The translations under genes were made by a program, and so were the position numbers. Shown piece after piece: positions 8,779 to 16,817 of a stretch of 20,684 nucleotides of DNA. Origin of the DNA: an uncultured archaeon (GTDB lineage: Archaea > Asgardarchaeota > Thorarchaeia > Thorarchaeales > Thorarchaeaceae); assembly GCA_964458565.1 (NCBI GenBank), contig CAYWJO010000053.1:1-20684 (forward strand). The letters run 5' to 3'. The stretch's first letter is position 1, and each line of letters opens with the position of its first letter. A model generated the notes under the pieces. The model was not told the origin of the DNA, did no database searches, and saw nothing but the letters and a program-made list of their open reading frames with translations.

Positions 8779-10203
8779 TTATTTCTGTTTTCTATATTCC
8801 CATATCAAAGACGCAATTAGCTTTTCATAACCAGCAATTCCATCCATCTTGTCGGTTCCATCAATCATGAAGAATTCGTCAAATCCATGGCTATGACCAC
8901 CGGATCCAACACATCCCGTCGCAAACGGTAGATTGAGAGGCGGTTGGTTAAAGAGATATAGAGGTATAGTCGCTAATGATGTAGGCCAAACTTGAACTTT
9001 CTTATCCAGCGAATCATAAGCTCTGATGAGAGATTGGGCAATCTCCTCTTTAACGCTAGTCCTACAGGACTCAACACTTGCTAGTTTCTCAATCTCAATA
9101 GCTTCGAATCCATGTTCCTTTAGATGATTGTGTATTTTCATAAAAATTGAATCGGTTGTCTGGTCAGGAATTAACCTGATATCTAACTTAGCTTTCGCTT
9201 CACTGGGAATTACTGCTTCCGGACCTACACCAGTGTAACCACTCCATATTCCATCAATATTGATTTGGCATGTGAATAGTAACCTCTCGAGTAATTTTCT
9301 CGGGTCAGATTCATCACCTACGAGAATCTTGGCACCCTGAGATTTTTTATAACTGACCAAATCGAAATCATTCGCTAAAATATCAACTAACTCTAAGAAA
9401 TCACCATCAGGTTCAACTACTTCATCCATAAATCCTTCAATCAATACTGTGTTGCTGTCTTCTGAGACCATCGATTTCAATGCAGAAATTAAATACCAGA
9501 TTGGATTATCGATTGCAGGTCTGTGCATACTATGAATTTCATGATTAGCAGGACCTCGACCCCAATTCTTAGCTGATGCGGTAAGCTCAAGATAGAGGAC
9601 TCCCTTATACCCCAGTTGTACTCTTGATACTCCTTGTGAATTCTGAGATCCAAAAGGCATGTAGAGTGCATCAGCTTTTTGAAGAACTGGCTGATATGCC
9701 TTAATGAATTGAGGTAATGTTGGACTGAACATTTCCTCTTCTCCATCGAAGACAACAATGATATCATAAGGCAAATCAGATTCTGCAGTTTTAACCGCAT
9801 CAATAGCATTCAATATACCAGCTATTTTCATCTTATTGTTCACACCCCTACCTACCAATATTCTACCTTTCTCAGGGTGTTCAACAATTCTCCCTTCAAA
9901 AGGAGGAATCGACCACTTTTCGGTTTCAACTGGATTACTATCATAGGCTCCATAGATCAACAAAGTCTTATCTGAATCAGAATTGCCATATAACTGTCCG
10001 AGAATAATTGGATTCCCATTTCCAGGAAATACTTCCACTTCGTCAAAGTGAATTCTTGACATCCAATTAGCTATTAATTCCGCACACTCCTTCGTGCCAA
10101 ATTGCTCAACCGAAACACTTGGTTGCCGTACAAGTTTCTGTAGTTCAACAACATGATTTGTAAAATTCGAATCAAGAATAGCTGATATTTCTTCAAGTCC
10201 CAT
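8779..10203 (-). CDS. M20/M25/M40 (ArgE/DapE/dipeptidase-like) metallohydrolase, atypical metal site
   Basis: LVRQPSVS, W..PPFEG, GRG, GEEE, LGYKG, HS, HG.DE; ATG 10203 after GGTGA. Confidence 0.88.
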   Translation of the reverse strand: MGLEEISAILDSNFTNHVVELQKLVRQPSVSVEQFGTKECAELIANWMSRIHFDEVEVFPGNGNPIILGQLYGNSDSDKTLLIYGAYDSNPVETEKWSIPPFEGRIVEHPEKGRILVGRGVNNKMKIAGILNAIDAVKTAESDLPYDIIVVFDGEEEMFSPTLPQFIKAYQPVLQKADALYMPFGSQNSQGVSRVQLGYKGVLYLELTASAKNWGRGPANHEIHSMHRPAIDNPIWYLISALKSMVSEDSNTVLIEGFMDEVVEPDGDFLELVDILANDFDLVSYKKSQGAKILVGDESDPRKLLERLLFTCQINIDGIWSGYTGVGPEAVIPSEAKAKLDIRLIPDQTTDSIFMKIHNHLKEHGFEAIEIEKLASVESCRTSVKEEIAQSLIRAYDSLDKKVQVWPTSLATIPLYLFNQPPLNLPFATGCVGSGGHSHGFDEFFMIDGTDKMDGIAGYEKLIASLIWEYRKQK

Positions 10204-10268
10204 CGATAATCTCACCAATTTAAGTATAAAATTACGCTACATATGTTATTTTCGGATAATATTTGTGA

Positions 10269-11465
10269 TTATCTGCTGGGATCCAAAGGAATTGACTTCT
10301 TTTTCCTGATGGCTAATGCTACAAAGAACGTAACAAGCATCAGTAGTGATGCAATCCTAAAGAGTAATGTGATATCAGAAAATGTAACGAGTATTCCAGC
10401 TAGAACAGCTCCAAAAGTTGAACCAATATTGAACATTGTTGATAGATAAGCAGCCGCTACATTTCTAGCATTTGCTGCACACTTATCTGCAAGCATAGTC
10501 CATTCGGATACAACTCTCAATCCAACTGCTAATCCAAATATAACCATCAAAACAACAAGGTAAAAGAAATCAGTAATTTCCACTAGAAGAATGTAGACAA
10601 GAGATAGAACTCCAATAGCAGTTAGAATAGACCATTTGTAATCGACTTTATCAACAAGACGTCCTGCAGGGATTCGAAGAAGCATGTCAGAAAGCCCACG
10701 AGTTCCAAGTAGAAAAGCAATCAATGATGGTGCCAAGAGAAGTGTGTTCTCTGCATAAATTACAAAGAATGTGATATAGAACGAGTAGGTTATGGCATAA
10801 GAAAATCGGAGGAAGGTCAATATCAGAAGGTCACGTGAATGGAGTATACTACTCAATGATTCGATTGGATTATTTCTATCAACGTTGACAGGTTTCAATA
10901 ATGCCGTTGTCCGTTTTATTACGATTAGAGGTAGTAAACCAAATAATGGAAGGAGAGCGGCCACTTGGAAAACTTGGACATAGGTCAAGAATGTTAGAAG
11001 TAATGAGCAGAGAAATGGTCCGATACTATTAGCTAACCCATAAGATGTAAGAAAAACACCCATAACCTCGCCCGTCTTTCCTTTCGGAGCTAAATTTTGT
11101 GAAACTGAAATCGCCATAGGTACTAATGCGGCTGTTGAAATCGCATGAAGCACTTGAATAGGATAGAAGAATATCAATTGGGGCGCAATGGAATAGAAAA
11201 ATTGAGAAAGGCTTTGGCCAGCTACAGCGAGGAGGATTACATACACACCACTAAAACGTTCTGACAACACACCCAAGGGTATTTTCAATAGCATCAATGA
11301 GAATGATAATACACCAATTATCAATCCGAGTTCAAATGGAGTGGCTCCGATTTCTGTCACATAGAGAGGGATTATTGGACGAGTTGTTTCAACAGCTAGA
11401 AACACAAAAAGTGAAGAAAATATCAATACGAAAAGATCAATTGGATAATGCTCCTTTTTTGACAT
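10269..11465 (-). CDS. MFS transporter
   Basis: About 12 hydrophobic segments; motif-A-like G.LSERF and GRLVDKV; start is ATG 11465 or GTG 11474. Confidence 0.9.
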   Translation of the reverse strand: MSKKEHYPIDLFVLIFSSLFVFLAVETTRPIIPLYVTEIGATPFELGLIIGVLSFSLMLLKIPLGVLSERFSGVYVILLAVAGQSLSQFFYSIAPQLIFFYPIQVLHAISTAALVPMAISVSQNLAPKGKTGEVMGVFLTSYGLANSIGPFLCSLLLTFLTYVQVFQVAALLPLFGLLPLIVIKRTTALLKPVNVDRNNPIESLSSILHSRDLLILTFLRFSYAITYSFYITFFVIYAENTLLLAPSLIAFLLGTRGLSDMLLRIPAGRLVDKVDYKWSILTAIGVLSLVYILLVEITDFFYLVVLMVIFGLAVGLRVVSEWTMLADKCAANARNVAAAYLSTMFNIGSTFGAVLAGILVTFSDITLLFRIASLLMLVTFFVALAIRKKKSIPLDPSR

Positions 11466-11595
11466 TTTCGCCACCTAAATTATATTCTTTTTTAGGATTA
11501 TTTTATGGGATTAAAAAGAATATTTGAAAAACCCATAAATAAATAGAATGGAATATTCATTCTTCATGAAATATATTTTTAATTAGAAATTAAAG

Positions 11596-12207
11596 CTAGT
11601 GCGGATTCAACAATGAACGTACCCCACTATTCCAAATGGCTTCACCCAATTTCTTGTACCCTTCGATACTAAGGTGCAAGCCATCACCAGAATCGTACGC
11701 TCTCTGTAGCAAACCATTTTGATTTGAAAGAGACGCGAAGGTATCAACAGCAGTAAATAATGTATTAGAAGTGAAATTGTTATTGAGTATATAGATGTTG
11801 ATTGAATTCTGTGCGGTTTGAATATCGGGATAAAAGGAACCAATTGGGGGTATCGTGCATGCAATAACCTGATGACTATTATCTAACGCAATCTTCCACA
11901 TTTTATTCAACGAGTTCTTTATTGAATCAATAGGTCGCCCCCACCCTATATCATTGGATCCACCCATTATTATAACAAAATCATAGAACGCATCTCTCAA
12001 TTCTACCAAAAGCCGATCGGGCATCCATTCTGCTAGCTCACCAAGTACTCCACGATTTGTAAATGAGATATCATGATAGCCAGTTTTCCTTGATTCTTCT
12101 AACAACCAGAAACCATATTGAGATCTTTCGTCACCGTAATCATACGCAGGGTCATAACCGGGACTTCCAGCAGTTAAGCTATCACCAAAGCCAAGGATAG
12201 ATGTCAT
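11596..12207 (-). CDS. SGNH/GDSL hydrolase family protein
   Basis: FGDSLT, NRGV.G, GGSND, DGLH blocks. Confidence 0.93.
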   Translation of the reverse strand: MTSILGFGDSLTAGSPGYDPAYDYGDERSQYGFWLLEESRKTGYHDISFTNRGVLGELAEWMPDRLLVELRDAFYDFVIIMGGSNDIGWGRPIDSIKNSLNKMWKIALDNSHQVIACTIPPIGSFYPDIQTAQNSINIYILNNNFTSNTLFTAVDTFASLSNQNGLLQRAYDSGDGLHLSIEGYKKLGEAIWNSGVRSLLNPH

Positions 12208-12314
12208 CGTAATATTGTAATTTATCGGACTAATTGAATCTGACGGAACTAGATAATTAGGCTTCCACAGAATGAAATATTACAACGAATGTTCACCAAT
12301 TAGAGGGAAAAGAA

Positions 12315-13487
12315 GTGAATGATTCAACTGGCCTTGAACAAAACACGAGAGATCCTGTGATTGTTTTTGGAGCGGCATCATTTCTAAATGACATGGGGTC
12401 TGATTTGATTGCTCCAATTTGGCCCACTTTTCTGAGAAATCACATTGGATTAGACCTTTTTCAAGTAGGTGTTGTTGATGGTCTAGCACTGACAATAACT
12501 GCATTGTCAAAGCTGATGTCAGGATACCTCTCAGACAGAACTCAAAAGAGAAAGATATTCATTACATTGGGTTATTTGCTCTCAGTAATTGGTAGACTTG
12601 GTTTCTTTATTTCATATACATTCTATCAGATATTGACATGGAAATCAATGGATAGATTGGGAAAAATTAGAGGCCCACCTCGTGATGCAATTGTAGCATC
12701 TGAAACAGAAACTGGAGAGAGGGGTAGGGCCTTTGGAGTTTTGAGATCATTAGATACAGCGGGAGCAGTAGTTGGTGCAACAATAAGCTACCTTCTCTTT
12801 GTCTATATTGGGTATTTGGGTATAATTCTACTAGCGGCCATTCCAGGAATTTGTTCGGTCATTTTGGTTTCGGTTCTAATAAAGGAAAAGAAAGGCAAAG
12901 ATGTATTCAAAGGAGTAACATTCAGAGGATTAGATAGAAATCTCAAGATGTTCCTTTTTTCATCCTTACTATTTGCATTAGGGACGTATAGCTATTCGTT
13001 CCTGATATTATATTCCCAAGGATTTGGTTTCGGAGAGGCAGTATTACCTCTTCTGTACCTTCTTTTCACCTTCGTGTATGCTGTGAGTAGCTATCCATTT
13101 GGTAGAATTTCAGATACCATCGGTCGCAAACCGATTCTTCTCTTAGCATTCCTTTTCCTAATAATGACCTCAGGATGGGCACTCATAGTTCAGGACTGGT
13201 TTACTGTTGTGATCATGTTCATCTTCTTTGGATTGATGCAGGGGGCTCTAGATCCTGTACAGACTTCGTATATCAGCGATTTAACAGAAGAGAATAGACG
13301 AGCTAGCATTCTTGGAGCATTTCAACTAGTCATTGGTTTGTGTGCCTTACCTGCAGGAGCGATAATTGGTTATCTCTGGGAGTACCTCTATAGTGCAGCA
13401 GCATTTCAATACTCTCTGATCTTATGCGGAATTGCAATCATCACACTAGTATTTGTAAAAGAGAAATCTAGTGAGAATGTCATGTAA
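12315..13487 (+). CDS. MFS transporter
   Basis: SFLND, GYLSDR..KRK, DRLGK.IR.PPRDA, GRAFG..RSLDT.GAV.G, GRISD.IGRK. Confidence 0.93.
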   Translation: MNDSTGLEQNTRDPVIVFGAASFLNDMGSDLIAPIWPTFLRNHIGLDLFQVGVVDGLALTITALSKLMSGYLSDRTQKRKIFITLGYLLSVIGRLGFFISYTFYQILTWKSMDRLGKIRGPPRDAIVASETETGERGRAFGVLRSLDTAGAVVGATISYLLFVYIGYLGIILLAAIPGICSVILVSVLIKEKKGKDVFKGVTFRGLDRNLKMFLFSSLLFALGTYSYSFLILYSQGFGFGEAVLPLLYLLFTFVYAVSSYPFGRISDTIGRKPILLLAFLFLIMTSGWALIVQDWFTVVIMFIFFGLMQGALDPVQTSYISDLTEENRRASILGAFQLVIGLCALPAGAIIGYLWEYLYSAAAFQYSLILCGIAIITLVFVKEKSSENVM

Positions 13488-14010
13488 TGGTCACATCTTG
13501 ACCAGCGAGCTTTCTCAGCATTGCACCTAAACTCATGCTAGTCAGCATATACCATGACCAATAGTACATCCCGAATCCTGCACCTGGAACTGTTATTCCA
13601 ATCCAGTCCTTGAAGAACACTAGGACTGATTCAACATGAAATGGTACAATAGCAATGGGAAGGCCTTGATATATTCCCCCTAAGAGGCTAAAAATGATGA
13701 AGAAGGGGATTATAAAAATTAAATATGGTTTACATCTTGCTCCCATCATATCCGCATTCAAACGCATAATACGCTGCTGCTGGGACATGACCTCCTCTAA
13801 GAGCAATGGATCCATTGTTTTTCTGGCTTCATTAAACCTTTTTTGCCATACTTTTACCTCTTCCATATTCTCTTTCATCTTCTGGACATCAGTGAAACGA
13901 TTTGTTGCCCAAATTGAAAACAGATTAAGACCTATGCTTACGAAGATAATGAAAATTGTCGCCATGGGAGGTTGGATGAGAGATATATACAAATCAGATA
14001 GTAAATCCAT
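13480..14010 (-). CDS. DUF106 / EMC3-TMCO1-like (Oxa1 superfamily) membrane protein
   Basis: TM1, cytosolic coiled coil (D..KMKE.MEE...Q), KP-led TM2, and terminal WY.L.S motif; probable start ATG 14010 (MDLLSD). Confidence 0.85.
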   Translation of the reverse strand: MDLLSDLYISLIQPPMATIFIIFVSIGLNLFSIWATNRFTDVQKMKENMEEVKVWQKRFNEARKTMDPLLLEEVMSQQQRIMRLNADMMGARCKPYLIFIIPFFIIFSLLGGIYQGLPIAIVPFHVESVLVFFKDWIGITVPGAGFGMYYWSWYMLTSMSLGAMLRKLAGQDVTIT

Positions 14011-14213
14011 TATTGGTATCCTCTTTGGTGAATGCAGGCAACTCCAATACGTTTTAAGGCTTATCTTCTGAAATCCTGCTGATTTCACGACTAGAATATC
14101 ATGAGTGTACTAAGATTCCGGAATTTATTACGCCATTCCTTTCTAGATTAATACATACAGATTTAATATATATAAAATGCACAGAAAGAAGCCCGTATGG
14201 TTAAATAATGATA

Positions 14214-14489
14214 GTAAACGATAAATTATTACATGGTAAACGTTAAGAAAATACATTTGGCGCGCTGACCTTAGTAAAGTAAACGTATTCTATAATTTCG
14301 CGCCATTCAATCAAGGCAGCTAGCTCATCATTGCTAGCTTATGTAAAATTGTGCAATAATTTTTGATTCTAATGCACATTGTGCAAATATATTTTAATTT
14401 GCAGAGCTTACTAACAAAATCATACTATCTTCATTAAACAAACGTTTACAACTAAAAACTAACGATGTTTATATATTGGTAACGTGTAC
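14214..14489. repeat. Array 1 of GTAMACG(TT) motifs
   Basis: Plus-strand copies at 14214, 14236 and 14279; minus-strand copies at 14441-14449 and 14481-14489. Confidence 0.8.
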
Positions 14490-14526
14490 TAAGTTATTTG
14501 TCTCCCGCCGGGAGGGTTGACGCAAA

Positions 14527-14796
14527 ATGATGATGTTTACAAGAATGCTCAGAAGACAGGGGTTCTACAGGGTCAAGAACACTGAAGAACCGATTTTTAT
14601 GAAACACAACGTAGGTCTTGGTGGTGTCTACGTTAGAATAGAAGATAGAAAGGCGTACATAACTGTACGTGATCTTGGAATAGAGGAAGAATTCTCACGA
14701 GTTAAACGACTTGAAGATTTTATCAACACTCTTGATGACGAAGCATACCGTCAAAAATGCTTCATAGTACACAAGATGCGTGGAGCCGGGTCTTAA
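14527..14796 (+). CDS. Small basic hypothetical protein (89 aa)
   Basis: TATA box (TTTATATA 14468-14475), GGAGG at 14511-14515, downstream hairpin, protein-like composition. Confidence 0.75.
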   Translation: MMMFTRMLRRQGFYRVKNTEEPIFMKHNVGLGGVYVRIEDRKAYITVRDLGIEEEFSRVKRLEDFINTLDDEAYRQKCFIVHKMRGAGS

Positions 14797-14806
14797 TCTT
14801 CTCAGC

Positions 14807-14846
14807 TGATGGGTGTCTTAGATAACGGGGCTAAGATATCCCATCA
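14807..14846. terminator. Stem-loop between convergent genes, probable terminator or 3' stabilising hairpin
   Basis: TGATGGG-TGTCTTAG-(9-nt loop)-CTAAGATA-T-CCCATCA followed by a pyrimidine tract. Confidence 0.6.
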
Positions 14847-14879
14847 CTTTCCTCTACTTCTATGTGACATGAGTTGTAT

Positions 14880-16070
14880 TCATAGTTTGGATTTAATGTA
14901 AGAAGGAATAGATTTCATCATCGCACTTCGAACTGATCTCTTCCCAACGAGCATCTCTGCAATTGTCAGTTGAGTCTTTTCCGAATTTAAAAATTGAATA
15001 CCACCTTTGGATTCACTAGAAGTAAAACGTTCCTGTAACCATAGACCCCACTTCAAATCAAAACCAAATTTCTTAATCCAAGCTTTTTCATATTGAGCTA
15101 GTTGTTTCTTTGTTTGTACCTTATTGATAACACGATTTGCAACTTTCGCCGCCATATCACCTGCCATTATTGCATAATGAATCCCTTCACCAGAAATAGG
15201 CAAACAATGCGATGCAGCATCACCAGCTAATAGAATTCGTTCATCATAAGATGGTGTTATGACTCCTGCTAATGGAACCAGAGCAGCTTCTTTCTTGATG
15301 AGTGTAGATTCAGCTAAAATTGACTTGATATGAGGATCAGTGTCTATTAAATCATCAAGGAATACCCCTAGAGGCTTCTCAGATAGCTTCACATTCTCTA
15401 TTAAACCACCTGCACCAATAACCGTTTCAAATTTCCTAGGGAAATTCCACGCATATCCTTTAGGTGAATATTCACCACCATAATAAAATTCCAAAGTGGG
15501 ACTATAAGATGTGGTCTTTGAATTCTTTTGAAAATGATACTGTATACCGTACCCCATTTTAGAATTGGGAATCCTAGTTCGAACAAATCCATCCTTGATA
15601 GATACCGGATTAGCCCCCGATGCATCAATTACTAAGCCAACATTGAATGAGTGATCTGATTGACCATCTGTGAATTGTACAACAATAGCATTATCTTTTC
15701 GCTTTAAACTGCGTACATACGCTCCCATGATAATGGATTCCTTGGACTCCACAAGTTCGACCATTCTTCTTCCAAGAGATTCTCTAGTTACAACAATTCC
15801 CGCAATATAATCAAAATCAATATGAATAGCATCCAAACCAGGGAATTTCATTCTTATCGACTGTATCTCATAGGACTCGGGAACTTCACCGATCTCATAC
15901 TCTTGGATTGCACTTATTGGAATGAAACCTCCACACGGCTTTTTGAGACAAGGGACATCTTCGCGGGCTAAAAGTGTGAAATCAACATCGAGCTGACTGA
16001 GTACTCTTGCTGCTTGCAATCCTGCTGGGCCAGCACCAATTACTAGAACATCATGATCGAGTGAAGCCAT
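14880..16070 (-). CDS. Geranylgeranyl reductase family FAD-dependent oxidoreductase (DGGGPL reductase-like)
   Basis: DVLVIGAGPAG, KPCGG, IDASG, P.GYAW.FP, LAGDAA, P.SGEGI; true start ATG 16070 (MASLDHD). Confidence 0.9.
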   Translation of the reverse strand: MASLDHDVLVIGAGPAGLQAARVLSQLDVDFTLLAREDVPCLKKPCGGFIPISAIQEYEIGEVPESYEIQSIRMKFPGLDAIHIDFDYIAGIVVTRESLGRRMVELVESKESIIMGAYVRSLKRKDNAIVVQFTDGQSDHSFNVGLVIDASGANPVSIKDGFVRTRIPNSKMGYGIQYHFQKNSKTTSYSPTLEFYYGGEYSPKGYAWNFPRKFETVIGAGGLIENVKLSEKPLGVFLDDLIDTDPHIKSILAESTLIKKEAALVPLAGVITPSYDERILLAGDAASHCLPISGEGIHYAIMAGDMAAKVANRVINKVQTKKQLAQYEKAWIKKFGFDLKWGLWLQERFTSSESKGGIQFLNSEKTQLTIAEMLVGKRSVRSAMMKSIPSYIKSKL

Positions 16071-16120
16071 TTCATAATGAAATAACATCTTCATATAATT
16101 AAATAGTGGGATAGGAGTGC

Positions 16121-16370
16121 GTACACGTTCATTATTATATCCTGATGTACTGCGTTTACTCCAGAGTTCATTAGTAATCGCAAGTTTCACTAAACATAAA
16201 TAGTAAACGCGAAAAATTACAAGTAAACGTTGTACACGTTTGATTATTTGATGAATCATGGAAATGGTATAAAATAGCATCCCCAAAAAGACAAATCAAA
16301 TGTATTATCCAGATAATACATAATCAACGTTTACTATTCAACAGAAGTATACTGTAATGTTTACTACTCA
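16121..16370. repeat. Array 2 of GTAMACG(TT) motifs with a 22-bp palindrome
   Basis: Plus-strand copies at 16121, 16203, 16223 and 16232; minus-strand copies at 16151-16159 and 16326-16334; variant AATGTTTAC at 16356; palindrome at 16300-16321. Confidence 0.8.
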
Positions 16371-16452
16371 TTCATCCGCAGTATATGGGGAAAGTAGCTG
16401 TCATGAATCATGATTTGATCTACATCAAGTGACATTCGAATCCGATAATCCC

Positions 16453-16804
16453 ATCCCTCAATTTTCCTCTTTTTTTTGGAGATGACTATGTTTGAACATA
16501 TATTATTATTTCAAAAAGGGTAGCCTATTTGATCTCAATCATATCAAATGCAATTTATTCCAATGATTTGTTGTTCTCACATCAAAGAAATATTCTCTCA
16601 TTTAAATACTATAACTATAGGTTATTCTGAGTAACCCATAGTTATGAACTGCAAAATTAGCATTAAATAGTACTTGTAGCTAAATGCATTTGGGAGGTAA
16701 GTAGTATTTTCAATAACTATAATCGAAGAGATAAGGGTAGTAGTCACAAAACTAAGATTGAGGAATCGAATGGGTTTCCAAAAATAGAAGAGAAATTGAG
16801 GGAT
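16453..16804. other. Inverted-repeat-bounded 352-bp segment: candidate invertible element or recombination site with arm repeats
   Basis: ATCCCTCAATTT (16453-16464) / AAATTGAGGGAT (16793-16804), extendable to 24/30 bp; central 35-bp palindrome; 13 bp from the recombinase stop codon. Confidence 0.6.
16611..16645. other. lox-like palindrome (14-7-14), putative tyrosine recombinase core site
   Basis: ATAACTATAGGTTA-TTCTGAG-TAACCCATAGTTAT; arms match 13/14 as an inverted repeat. Confidence 0.6.
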
Positions 16805-16817
16805 AAAAAAATGAGTT

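Noticed and set aside
11502-11539. 8-bp inverted repeat TTTATGGG/CCCATAAA upstream of the MFS gene
   Set aside because: Short, in very AT-rich DNA and not repeated elsewhere; it could be an operator or terminator but the support is insufficient.
14011-14088. N-terminal extension of the DUF106 ORF
   Set aside because: Non-ATG start and no family-like features; ATG 14010 is more plausible.
14807-14846. Possible SECIS element
   Set aside because: No AUGA/GA or GAA/A non-canonical core, and the upstream gene has no in-frame TGA (it ends in TAA).
16071-16286. 72-aa N-terminal extension of the GGR ORF in the ORF track
   Set aside because: It starts at a non-ATG codon and runs through the motif array; the Rossmann motif begins right after ATG 16070.
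16297-16324. Canonical dif site
   Set aside because: As 11-6-11 the inner arm ends read ATTA/TAAT rather than the conserved ATAA/TTAT of dif sites.
14214-16370. CRISPR array or canonical ORB origin
   Set aside because: The repeats are 7-9 bp, irregularly spaced and in both orientations; there is no TCCA-GAAAC/G-string ORB consensus and no cas or cdc6 gene.
16387-16454. tRNA-like fragment (GGGG...TAGCT...TTCGAATCC) as an integrase target
   Set aside because: The T-stem does not pair (TGACA/CCGAT), and there is no D or anticodon arm or proper acceptor stem.
16611-16645. Protelomerase (hairpin telomere) target
   Set aside because: The centre is odd-length and asymmetric, and the adjacent enzyme looks like a Xer/Int-type recombinase.
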